Shown here: in pieces, positions 1 to 10,495 of the stretch | Layout: every line of letters starts with the position of its first letter | Numbering within the stretch: the stretch's first letter is position 1 | DNA from: Basidiobolus ranarum | Lineage: Eukaryota | Assembly: GCA_040143965.1 (NCBI GenBank) | Contig: JASJQH010000066.1 | Span: forward strand, 1-34,397 | DNA length: 34,397 bases | Direction of reading: 5' to 3' | Made by a program: the position numbers and the translations under genes | The notes under the pieces: model-generated | What the model was told of the DNA's origin: nothing | Databases searched by the model: none | The model's input: only the letters and a program-made list of their open reading frames with translations

Positions 1-52
1 GTGTTCTGTAGGTGCTAGTGGATACTAGGCTTGGATAGAAATGAGAGAGGAA

Positions 53-552
53 TATTGAATTTGTTTGAGAAACACTGAGAAGTGTTGAGATCCTATATTT
101 GTTGAGACACATACTAAACCAAAAGGTTCAGTTAGCTTTATTTATACTTTTTGATAGCAAAGTGAATTAGTCAGCCCCAAGATATTAGATGACTAATTCT
201 GATGAAGATAATGTGATTGGATAGATAGATAGATAGATAAGTGAGTGATACATCAGCTGAAGTCTTGGCAGTGCAAGATCATTGGTTATGACTCTTGTGA
301 CTCAAATTGACTTGTGTCAAGGCTGATGACTCAGAGGTTAATTCTGATTGGATAATGATCATGTGATTGGTCACATGATCTGATAGAAGAGATAAGCAAA
401 TAGTAGATAGGTAGTCAGGTGATAGGTCACATGATAGAGTCACTGGATAAGGGCAGGTGACTAGTTAGTGATAATGATAAACTAAACAGATATTCAAACA
501 AGTTATATAGATATGGTGTAAGTTTAACAACTTTGTATGTTGGTGCACAACA
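53..552 (+). mobile_element. LTR, family B copy 1 (probable 3' LTR of a copia-like element)
   Basis: Aligns along its length with 3417-3887. Preceded by a purine tract (ATGAGAGAGGAA, 41-52) and an ILGL reading resembling the end of copia pol. Starts TATTGAA (decayed TGTTGAA?) and ends CACAACA. Exact ends and strand are uncertain because a TATAAATAAA reads on the minus strand at 137-146. Confidence 0.7.
220..239. repeat. (GATA)5 microsatellite inside LTR-B, also at 3546-3565 in the second copy
   Basis: Directly visible in both copies. Confidence 0.95.
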
Positions 553-2377
553 GTAATATTGGAAGGTATTATATATATTCCATCATTTATAACAAATCAG
601 TTTTCAATTGGAGCAATTGAAAAGAAACATTATGATGTTGAATTCAGCAAAGGAAAAGTAATCATATACAAATCAATGGACTGGATAGTAGCAACTGGAA
701 CTAGAATTGGGAATCTATATCACCTGGATATTGCACCAATAACTGAGACTGTTTCTAACTTTGCAATAATTACTTCTGGAAACTTGGTGACTTGGCATCA
801 GTGCTTGAGTCATCTAAACTATAATATGTGAAACTATTATATAAAAATAGTCTATCTACTGGAATGGATCTTGAGCCCTCAGTTATTACTAAATGTGAAA
901 GCTGTATTCAAGGGAAAATCACAAGAAAATCATTTCCAAAAGATGGAGCTGATTGATTCAGTTCTGCCTAAGACCTATTGGGGTGAAGCTATTTTAACAG
1001 CTACATATCTCCAAAATAGAAGTCCAACACATAGCACAACACTAAAACTCCTATTAAAATCTGGACTGGAAACAAGCCTAATCTGAATCACCTCTGAATT
1101 TTTGAATCAACAGTGTATGCTCATATTCCTAAACCTCAGCATAGGAAATTGGACAAAAAGGCAATTAAATATATCCCATTAGAATATCAGAATGAAGGCT
1201 ATCATCTCCTAATTGCTAGCACAAATCAAATCATCAACTCCAGAGATACTATATTCATTGAAGAAACTCTCAAATCTTCTAATCAAGGGATTTGATTTTG
1301 GCTGAAAATCAATTTCTCAATAACTCAAATTCTGAGTTAATGAGTTCTAAAACCAATCTTGAGCTAACAAGTACTGAAACCAACATGGAAACTGATACAT
1401 TGGAAATAGATACTGTAATTAGGCCAAATTTAGAATATGAAACTATCTATCAGCATTATCAAAATTTAGAAAGTATCACATCTAGGACATGGTATAAAAC
1501 ATCAGCCACTGATGAATATATGACAAAGCTCAAATCATTATCAATCCCTGTGGTGAATATTCCTAGCAGAAAACCAACAAGCAGTAATCCTGCCTCAAAC
1601 TTCACTACAAGTATTGAAACCAAGGAGAACAAACTATTATATGATAATCTGGAATCAAACAGCTATACAAGTAGTGAAACATTAGGCAACACTGGAAATG
1701 CACCAGTTTATACTAGAAAACCTGATAAATACTCTGAGGATACTGATACTTTGGAACCAGATTCTGGAAATCTTCATATCATCTCTGCCAATGTAAAATA
1801 TGGGAAGCCAAAAAGGATATTTTTCCAGCCAATCAGGAATCAGGTAATTGGGCTCACAAACAAGGCAATAATTTTCTGACCAATCACATACCTAAGAAAT
1901 ATCCTACTCTCAATTTGGCTGATATTGGATTCAATCAATCATTGGAGGTATGCAATCAATCACAACAAGTATCCAATCAATCAGAAAATTCAGGTAATCA
2001 GGTCACAGAAATTGTTCCAAGTGGAAATCAGAAACATCTTGTAAGTGAACAATCTGACCATTATACCAAGGACTTTGGATGTCTCAAATCCTAAACAAGA
2101 GTTAGGTTATTCTTAAAATTCACCAACTACAATATTTCAAGATAATCAAAGTTGTATCAAGTTGGTTAAAAATAACACAATTCATAATAGAAGCAAACAT
2201 ATAGATATTAGACATCACTTCATTAGTGAGACTATAGAGAATAAGCTATTAACTTAACTTATTGTTATACAGAAGACATGTCTGCTGATATATTAACCAA
2301 ACATTAGCTAGACAGAAATTTGAGAACTTTATACCTTCTTGACTATTAGTTTATATGACTATATAGCGCAGGGAGAG
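553..2377 (+). mobile_element. Degenerate Ty1/copia internal region (pol remnant; integrase core and RT deleted)
   Basis: Broken ORFs carry the GAG-pre-integrase motif (WHQCLSHLN...KCESCIQGK), the integrase C-terminal part (LPKTYWGEAILTATYLQNRSPT), the retroviral SH3-like part (YAHIPK..RKLDKKA..IINSRD) and the RNase H tail from ~2100 ([32 protein letters not shown]). Ends in a PPT AGGGAGAG at 2370-2377. Confidence 0.93.
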
Positions 2378-2723
2378 TGTTGAAATTAGTTTTTCCCAAA
2401 CACCTATATAGTCATATACTGCTTAGTACTTAGTTATCTTATACTTCACTAAGATATTACCCATAATTCTCAATTGGAATTTACTTAGAATATTTTACTA
2501 ACTTGGGAGCTATCAAATATGTAGATTTTTCAAACTTGTGGTAGAAGCCCTAAGCTTTGCACCCATGCCTCCAGGATCTTTGTTAACATATTTGAACATC
2601 AGTTTGTTTACATTGTTACAAAGCTATAAATGTCAACTTTCTATTCAATGAAACAATTAGTGAAAACCACCAATTTCTCTACTTCTCCAAACCACTTCCA
2701 ACAGGCTCCTAAATACTACAACA
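2378..2723 (+). mobile_element. LTR, family A copy 1 (346 bp, 3' LTR)
   Basis: Follows the PPT directly, has TGTTGAA...TACAACA termini, and aligns with 3064-3409 and 33971-34295. Confidence 0.88.
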
Positions 2724-3063
2724 AATATATTGCTGCCTGTGAAGCAACAAAAGAAGCAATATGGTTAAGAAAGCTCTTAACAGATTTAGGCTATTCTCAA
2801 AATTTATCAACTATAATATTTCAAGATAATTGAAGTTATATCAAATTAGCTAGAAGTCCCACATTTCATAATAGAAGCAAACATATAGTCATTTGATATC
2901 ACTTCATTAGAGAGACTATAGAGAATAAGTTCATTGATTTAACTTATTGTTCTACTGAAGACATGATTGCTGATATATTAACCATACCATTAGCTATACA
3001 GAAGTTGAACAAATTTAGACCTTTGTTGGGATTACTTTATATGACTATTTAGTTGAGGGAGAG
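2724..3063 (+). mobile_element. Second copia RNase H remnant plus PPT
   Basis: YIAACEATKEAIWLRKLLTDLG...IFQDN*SYIKLARSPTFHNRSKHI...DMIADILT, with PPT GAGGGAGAG at 3055-3063. Confidence 0.92.
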
Positions 3064-3409
3064 TGTAAAGATTGGCTTTGCTCAGCACTTTTATAGTCAT
3101 GAATAACTTAGTACTTAGTTATCTTATACTTCACTAAGATATTACCCATTATTCTCAATCAGAATTTACTAAAAATATTTTTAACACTTAGAAGTTCTCA
3201 GATAAATAGATTTTTCAAACTTGTGCCATAAGACCCAAACTTTGCACACATGTTCCTGGGACTTTCCTTAACATACATTACTCATTAGTATGCTTATTTC
3301 TTGACAAAACTATCAATGTCAACTTTCTACTCAATGAATCAATAAGTGAAAACTATCAATTTCTCTATTTCTCCAAACCACTTCCAACAGGCTGTTAAAT
3401 ACTTTAAGA
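3064..3409 (+). mobile_element. LTR, family A copy 2 (346 bp, 3' LTR)
   Basis: Follows the PPT, starts TGTAAAG, is collinear with and the same length as 2378-2723, and has a decayed right end (ACTTTAAGA). Confidence 0.85.
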
Positions 3410-3416
3410 AGAGGAA

Positions 3417-3887
3417 TATTGAAATTGTTAAGACATATACTAAACCAAAGGGTTCAGTTAGCTTTACTTATACATTTTGACAGCAAAATGACCTAGTCAG
3501 TGCCAAGATAATAAATGACTAATTCTGGTAAAAGATATATGATTGGATAGATAGATAGATAGATAGACTGATGGATAAGTGAGTCATGCACCAGCTGAAG
3601 TCTTGGCAGTGAAAGATCATTGGTTATGATTCTTGTGACTCATGTTGACTTTTGTCTGGGCAGATGATTCAGAGATTAATACTGATTGGATGATGTTCAC
3701 ATGATTAGTTGTATGCTCTGCATGAAGCAATACAAGAACAGATAGTTAGTCATGTGATAAGTCACAAAATAGAGTCACTGGATAAGGTCAGGTGACAAGT
3801 TAGCAATAGTGATAAACTAAACAGATATTCATGCAAGTGGTATAGGGATGGCATAAGTTAAATAACTTTGTATATTGATGCAAAACA
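3417..3887 (+). mobile_element. LTR, family B copy 2
   Basis: Diverged direct repeat of 53-552, about 35 bp shorter near the 5' end between repeated TTGTT(T)GAGA motifs. Preceded by a partial purine tract AGAGGAA. Confidence 0.75.
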
Positions 3888-4600
3888 GTAGCAAATGGAT
3901 TCTAGTTTTGTTTCCTGACCCTAGGATGCCTGACATCCATAGAAAACTAAGCAGAGTAGCTCAATATATTTCTTGCCACTTGAACCTTACCAATATTTTA
4001 TTGGATAGTTCATTTTTATTCAGGATCTTATTTAACTTTGTTTATGATAAATATATTGGAATTCAGAAAGCAAGATATCTATGGTCCCTCTATTTTAGTT
4101 AGGGATATCTCTATATCTATATAGCCAGTATGTGCCATTACCCCCACTTATCTATTGTATCTTATTACACTAACTCCTGAATATTGCAAATAATTGATTT
4201 ACCTCTCTATTTCATATGTCACCATATTCTCTAGAGAATAAAGTAACTAAATCACTATTAAAAGTTACCTCTAACATACGAAGTCTATCCCCAATATGTC
4301 CAGATCCTCTAACACCATTACTGCTCTCAAAACCCATTTTAGTTAGACTCTGGGCTGCTAATAGGCCCTGCTTAGTCAGCTTTGATATTCTGTACTTAAG
4401 TACTACTTTGGTTTATCAAGGTTCAAGACTTGCAATACCTTTCCTCTGGGATACAATTGAGATGCATGTACAAGTTAGTATAAAGATGCTGATAATTGAT
4501 CTCAGACATATGAAAAACTGCAACAGAATGTATGTCCTGGTATTTAGAATGTCAGGTCTAGATCAAAGACTAACCTTTAATAACTGGTGCAAATCTGATC
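3888..4600. other. CpG-depleted sequence, probably an unrecognised decayed repeat
   Basis: Shares the near-total CpG loss of the adjacent copia nest, but no recognisable domain in the frames I read. Confidence 0.4.
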
Positions 4601-5695
4601 TCTGAGCATGAGTGCGAAATATAGCATTAGAAGTTGAAGTCTTGATTAAGAGAAATTGAAGTATCGCTAAGGAACAGCTCTGGAGCATCTATCTGATAGT
4701 GATAAGCATGGTGTATATATATGTACCTGGGATAGCCAAACAATCATGAGCACAAAGTATAGTTACCTTTTGAGTGATCAACTTTTTTTCGGATCAAAAC
4801 AGCTTGAGAATCAGGGATTAAAAAGGGAATTGTGTAACTTCAAAACTTAATTCTAAATATTCTAACCTTTCGCTACTGTCACAAAAGTGCTTCATCCAAA
4901 GAACTAAAAAATCAGGATATATATCAAGTTACAACAGAATGGGTGATCATGAATTAGTAAATATCACACTTGAGAAAGTCAAGGGTCCATCTGTTATAAT
5001 CATCTACTTGAAGAGAACTCTCAACCTCAAAATACTCCAAGAGTAGTATATTTAGTCCGAAGAGTTACACCTCTGCACTAACTGGACCAAATACTCCGCG
5101 AGATCTTGAAACCTGTGGATGCAATTTTGAAAGCCATTTATGGAAACCGTGGGTTACTCTTAAATTCATTAGCTCCTTGTTTGAGAACGACAGTGATAGA
5201 ACTTCAATTTAGAATACTGCCACTAGAACCAATTGACACCTTATATGATTTTGGTATTTTAAACACGCTGCTAGATGGTGCGCCCACGCTTTGAGCTTGG
5301 AGGCTGCACTCTTTGGGATCAGTCATACGAGTCATGTATTTAATATATATGCGAGTAAAAATACACGTTTTGTTGCCACTGGAATAGTCCTCCATGTTCA
5401 TTGGTTGCTTATTACGTCATCCTACTCGTCATACTCAAAAGGCTATTTTAAATATTTAGCGCATTAGGCAAACATCGTGACAATGCGGCGGTTGGAACTT
5501 CAAAAATGTCATACAGGTCATAGCATGGCTTTATTTACATAGTCAGGTGGGTTAGAAAGCTAGAATATTATTGTTACTATAACCGGAAATACTCTCTTAA
5601 TACTCCAAGATTAAGGAAAATGAATAGTCACGTGTTGAGTTTAAGATGTATATGCGCATCTACATGTTTGGCGATTCCAGTTTTGGTATACCGAA

Positions 5696-6439
5696 TTAAG
5701 ACGAAATGGCCACATTGTTTGAAAATTTGAATTGCGGGAAGGTCTTAGCACGGCTTAAACCAATCCCTGACGATGGGGTTTGATCTTTAACAGGCTTCTT
5801 ACCACTCTTCGTAGTATTACGGCGAAGCAACGAAACCCGACGAACCCAGGAGACAACCGGAGCTTTGGAAACTAAGGATTCAAGCTGACAATCAAAACTA
5901 AGAGGAGTAATCCAACGCTCGGAGCGTCTGAAAAAGGCAGTCTCTTTTTCGACAAAGTAGTTTAATTTCCAACTTTGTTGGTTGACAACACTTTTCAAAC
6001 CAGCCTCTTTCACATCTAAAGAGATAGGTTTATCTGTGATGATGCTAGTACTTCCTGAGCCATCTTTTGAAATCGAAGCAAGATTGGGTTTGCGGCTGGT
6101 CCCATGATAATACTTGAACTTCTTGGGTAGAGTATGAAAGGTGCATACTTGAGTAGTGGGATTAAACCCTGCAAAGAAGTAGTCAAGCGTAAATCGAAGG
6201 CGGCCTTCTTGCTCAAGGATAATAGTAAGGTGCTCACTGACAAGTCTTTCTTGAGCAACCTGATGACCAATACGTTTCCATTTCTTGCAGACTTTCAGCG
6301 CTGATGACAATGTGGCATTGTCGGAAAGTTGAAATATACATGTGAGTGCCTCCTTGGGAAGCTTTCCAAAGTCGGACTTGTCATCTACACGCCGTTGGTA
6401 GGTTGTAATTTTACGCTTTAGTGTTAATGAGCGAAACAT
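5696..6439 (-). CDS. F-box-like domain protein, 247 aa, single exon
   Basis: N-terminal FGKLPKEALTCIFQLSDNATLSSALKVCKKWKRIG fits the F-box consensus (LPxE...IF.......L.....VCKxW). Clean ORF with an upstream TATA. Confidence 0.8.
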   Translation of the reverse strand: MFRSLTLKRKITTYQRRVDDKSDFGKLPKEALTCIFQLSDNATLSSALKVCKKWKRIGHQVAQERLVSEHLTIILEQEGRLRFTLDYFFAGFNPTTQVCTFHTLPKKFKYYHGTSRKPNLASISKDGSGSTSIITDKPISLDVKEAGLKSVVNQQSWKLNYFVEKETAFFRRSERWITPLSFDCQLESLVSKAPVVSWVRRVSLLRRNTTKSGKKPVKDQTPSSGIGLSRAKTFPQFKFSNNVAISS

Positions 6440-6560
6440 TTTTCAGATTATTCGTTAGAATGTTGATATTAGCTTACGGTTGGGCAAAAAGGAAGACACA
6501 GCAGTAATATTTCGTCACAAGAAGAGAATTGACCGCTTTACTTGAGGGGATATGGCGGTC

Positions 6561-6568
6561 TTTATATA
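6561..6568 (-). promoter_or_regulatory. Putative TATA box (TATATAAA) of the F-box gene
   Basis: Consensus TATA about 120 nt upstream of the ATG at 6439. Confidence 0.5.
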
Positions 6569-9500
6569 GTGTCATGGTTGAGAATGCTGCATGAATAATT
6601 TTGCTGCGCACATATATTTATGATAGATAAAATATCGATTTAAAGCATTTGCAACCAAGTTGGCGCCATTGGTCACAAGGATTCATTCCACTCCATTGGT
6701 CTATATATTTCACATAGGCCACATCCAGACTAATTAGAATTTGAAACCATTCAAATTTACATTGAAGCTTAAAATACATTTTATTTTGCGATGAGATCCA
6801 TTATTAAACAATTGGAGTACTGGGATCTCATATCAGACGAGAAATGGGGATTGTTTAAGATTGCTTCCGTAAATGCTGCCTATTTCTGTGCGTGTAACAG
6901 TAGAATGCCAAGTTTAGCCTTTTGTCTCTGTACTCCAAGATATAGTGAGCGCTCAAATCAAGAGACAGCTGCCAATGAGAATTGCTGTTGGCTCAAGTGA
7001 GCTCAGCTAACTTTCACCTCAACATTGGATTTGTTGACCACAAAAAGACACTTCTCTCAGCATGTGAGGTTCAGCAAATATCCGATTCTATCTCGATGAG
7101 GATGTAACAATGGAACCTGTTGACCACTTCTTTGTAGAATTTCATTTCATTTCATTTCACAATAGTGGCCTTTGTCGCAGGCTTTTCCACTGCCATGCAT
7201 TGTATATCAAGGTGCAGGCGATAATTACAATGTAGGGATTATGAATCCCATACAGAGGCTGCCCTTACATCTATGTAGAGCTGGCAAGTGCAGTATCTAT
7301 TCTCCGTGTATTCCAACAATGTCGGCTGATCCTCCAACAACGATGGAATCAGTCACTATATCCTAGGAGTGGTGCGTCGGTTTTTGGAGTGCTGCTCTGG
7401 TTTTAGGCGCACAGTATGGTGATCATATTGCGAACTGCAGACGCTGGTTTTCTTCGCTATCTGATTGGCCAGGTTTTAAAGTTAGGATGTCTATTTACTT
7501 TTGACTTAGAAGCTTGGGATTTTCAACATAAACATTGGCTTCGTCGTTTTGTTTCAAAATACTGGCTTCTCTACACTTTCATCAAAGTGTTTAATAGCGT
7601 ATAGTATGTGATGCATACAAACCAATATTATGTTGTGATTCTGTTTATAGTAAATCGTGTATTTAATTCTACACAGGGGCGTGTGAAATGTTAATATTAA
7701 CTCCTGAAAGGTGTGATTAGCATCTGTAGTCCCATAACACGGAGTTGTAGTGGCAGACGATACCGGAATTAATAACACTTTCAAGGTGGATTTAGGAGTA
7801 GTTTCACCCTCAAGAGAGCTGTGGTGGCCCACAGATTCAGTGAGGTGAAATACTCATTTAACAAGTACTTCAAGAGCGGCACAGCATTTCGTACACCATA
7901 GCATCGTGAATCCAGTAGTACAAGCTTAGCGATTGCCTCGGAAAATCATCTTATCTATATGAAACCTAATTAAATTAACACACAAGATGTTTATAGAAAA
8001 TCTAGCAAGTCTTACTTGAGGTAGATCATTGCCCCTCTAGCCAAGAAAAATAACTATCTGTTGAAAGTAGCTTCATGGGTTTAAATTGTACTTCACATGC
8101 TGCAGATATCAATCCTGGCTGCTCAACACTAATACGCCCAGTAACTAAACATGGATTTGTTAGCCCGAAAGATTGATCAATCATAATCCTGGGTTAGTAA
8201 TCTCAACTACATGGGTAAATATCAGTGCCAGTTACTAAACTGAAAACTAACAACAAAAAGTCTACTTGATATAATGCAACTTACTACCAGGCTAGCATAA
8301 TAGTGGAGAGAGCGCGCTTACTGGGCTACACGCTTCAAACATAGTTTCGGTATCAAATCTCAAACATATATTTCCATCCATAGACAGTATTGACCTTATT
8401 TGGCCTAATAAAATATTATTATTGTGAGTAAACTTGAACTCCCAAGAAAATGGTTAAATTAGCATGCATTATTGAAGTTTCAAAATCCCTCCTATAGCGA
8501 GAGTATTTCAATTTGTATGCAGCCCATTTTAGAGTAACTAAATCTTCTGCATAATCGATACGCTTGAAAAGAGAAATCATGCCGTTTTATCACGTTTCTA
8601 GAATAGTCGTTGGTACTGTTTAAGGATAGGATGTTGAAATCTCTTTTGCATTCTCCAGTGTTTATGTGATTCAATGTATCGGCTTTTAGCGGATGAGATC
8701 CATAGTTATTTTACTTGCATGCTATCTAGTCTAGACAATCCCCCAGTCTCTTGGTTTGGGTCATTCTGTGCAATGCTACTGTGGAAACTCAGATTATCAC
8801 GATTATCAATAAATGACAAGTCCCGGCCTTGCAAAATGCATGACCGTTTAAGGACCAGCTTTGAAAGGGCTTGCATGCCTGTCCACCTTGGGTGATGCAA
8901 TATTTTGTAGCGGTAAGTTCTTCCTTGCAGTATCTGATTGAAACTTTAACCCAATTTCTATTGATTGCTAGATATGTGCTTGGCAACGAGTATTCCCCAC
9001 CCATGTGTTTTCCTTCAAGTGATGTGCGTGGAACTGTGACAAATATGCATGCTGAGACTTGTATGATTCCAATAAATGTGTGTTTAAGCCTCGTGAGAAT
9101 GGGCTGTAGTGGTTATTGAGCTGATACATAATAGATATTGTGAGGTGAGTGATTAGTGATAATAATATGATATTGGCCCGCCATAGTGACTGGTATCACT
9201 TGTGCATGCTTATAAATAATCACCTTTTTTAAAACTTGACTAGTAAAATGTCTCCATATATTTCTATGTAGTTTATGGATATTTCCTGTAGCTGGTAGAA
9301 TTCTCCTCCATATAGGGGATGGGTCCGCTTCCTCCAATTACCTTGGCGTGGGTTTTTAGACCAATTGCTTAGAATCACATCCATATAGTGGCGAAAGATA
9401 GCTAGACATAATGTACTGATAACACTAAAATACCTAAACACATTAAATTGATGCCAGAAAAGAATCAGATCAATTGTGGGCTTAGTTTAGGTCATTGATT

Positions 9501-9919
9501 CGTGAAAATTTCCTGACTGTTTTGAACATGGGGAGGATGATCTTCACACCTTCGATCCTAAAAAGGTTTGAGAGTAAAACCTCGGGCAAATTCAACAATC
9601 CACAAGCGATAAAACGCTGCGTTCAGTTGTGCACCTTGTACATATCCAAACAAGAGGGTTTTAATTTACGGAGATTATATTTTGAGGCTTCCACCAACAA
9701 TTATTCCAATAAAACCAGAGCTCCATAACCTGATAAGCCATAGTTCTGCTTGACCATTTCCTTCAGTTTAGACACCTTTCTTTAGATTGCATAGCTGGTT
9801 CCTATGATATTCCAGAAGACGTGTGTTTAAATCATATTTACGTAAGAAAAATCCCCCTTCCCTATCGCATTCACTCCTCTCATCTAATTCACAGCCAACC
9901 CCCCCCCCTCTCTCTGAAA

Positions 9920-10495
9920 ATGTCAAATAATAGAGGAAGGAATGTTACGAATTTTTCCCCTTTCAATTTCGGATATCAGCCTATGTATCTTTATGATGAC
10001 TTTAAGAGTTTGGGCTCTTGTCGGGTCAGCACTGAAACATGGCATCAACAACTATCGAATACAACGCCTTGTACTTTAGAGATAGAAAGGTTCAGAAGGT
10101 GCAGGAAGTATACCGCAGCTTGTCCCACAAAGGAAAGCCGTGTCAAGAAATACAATGATGTCGATATAGAGATTGAGCACCAGGAAGGGTTGTCCAAGCG
10201 ACAACTAAAGCAAGTCCTCCGTCCAACTAGATGCAAAACCACACCAAATATCGCCCACTATTCGGAAGAAGTGGAATGGCCACCCAAAGAGACTCTGAAG
10301 CCTGACTCATGTGAGATACGTTTAGAGACACGTGATGAAAGGATATCTGGATGTTGCTTTCCATTACTCTGGAAGTCGGGATCACCTAGTACGGCGGAAG
10401 AAACCAAGCGCACAGGTTGGATTTCAAAGGTGTTCCAAGTGGGTAAAAAGAAAGGAAAATCTGTTAACATATCTAATTCAAAATCCCCTATTTAA
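9920..10495 (+). CDS. Hypothetical protein, 191 aa (MSNNRGRN...), no recognised domain
   Basis: Long ORF in AT-rich DNA. The ATG at 9920 has an AAA-ATG-TC context after a pyrimidine-rich leader. The track's GTG start at 9821 is unlikely in a eukaryote. Confidence 0.6.
   Translation: MSNNRGRNVTNFSPFNFGYQPMYLYDDFKSLGSCRVSTETWHQQLSNTTPCTLEIERFRRCRKYTAACPTKESRVKKYNDVDIEIEHQEGLSKRQLKQVLRPTRCKTTPNIAHYSEEVEWPPKETLKPDSCEIRLETRDERISGCCFPLLWKSGSPSTAEETKRTGWISKVFQVGKKKGKSVNISNSKSPI

Noticed and set aside
1292..1879. 195-aa ORF as a host gene
   Set aside because: It occupies the low-complexity IN-RT linker position of the copia remnant, is CpG-free and has a TTG start.
2704..2723. Novel primer-binding site (GGCT..TAAATACT) after an LTR ending at 2703
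   Set aside because: All three LTR-A copies share it and it ends in CAACA, complementary to the TGTTG start, so it is the true LTR end.
53..3887. A single intact LTR retrotransposon bounded by the two LTR-B copies
   Set aside because: There is no PBS or gag after the first copy, both copies are preceded by PPT-like tracts, the copies are well diverged, and the interior has its own family A LTRs.
6791..9728. Many 60-90 aa ORFs on both strands
   Set aside because: No recognisable motifs, many non-ATG starts, and lengths expected by chance.
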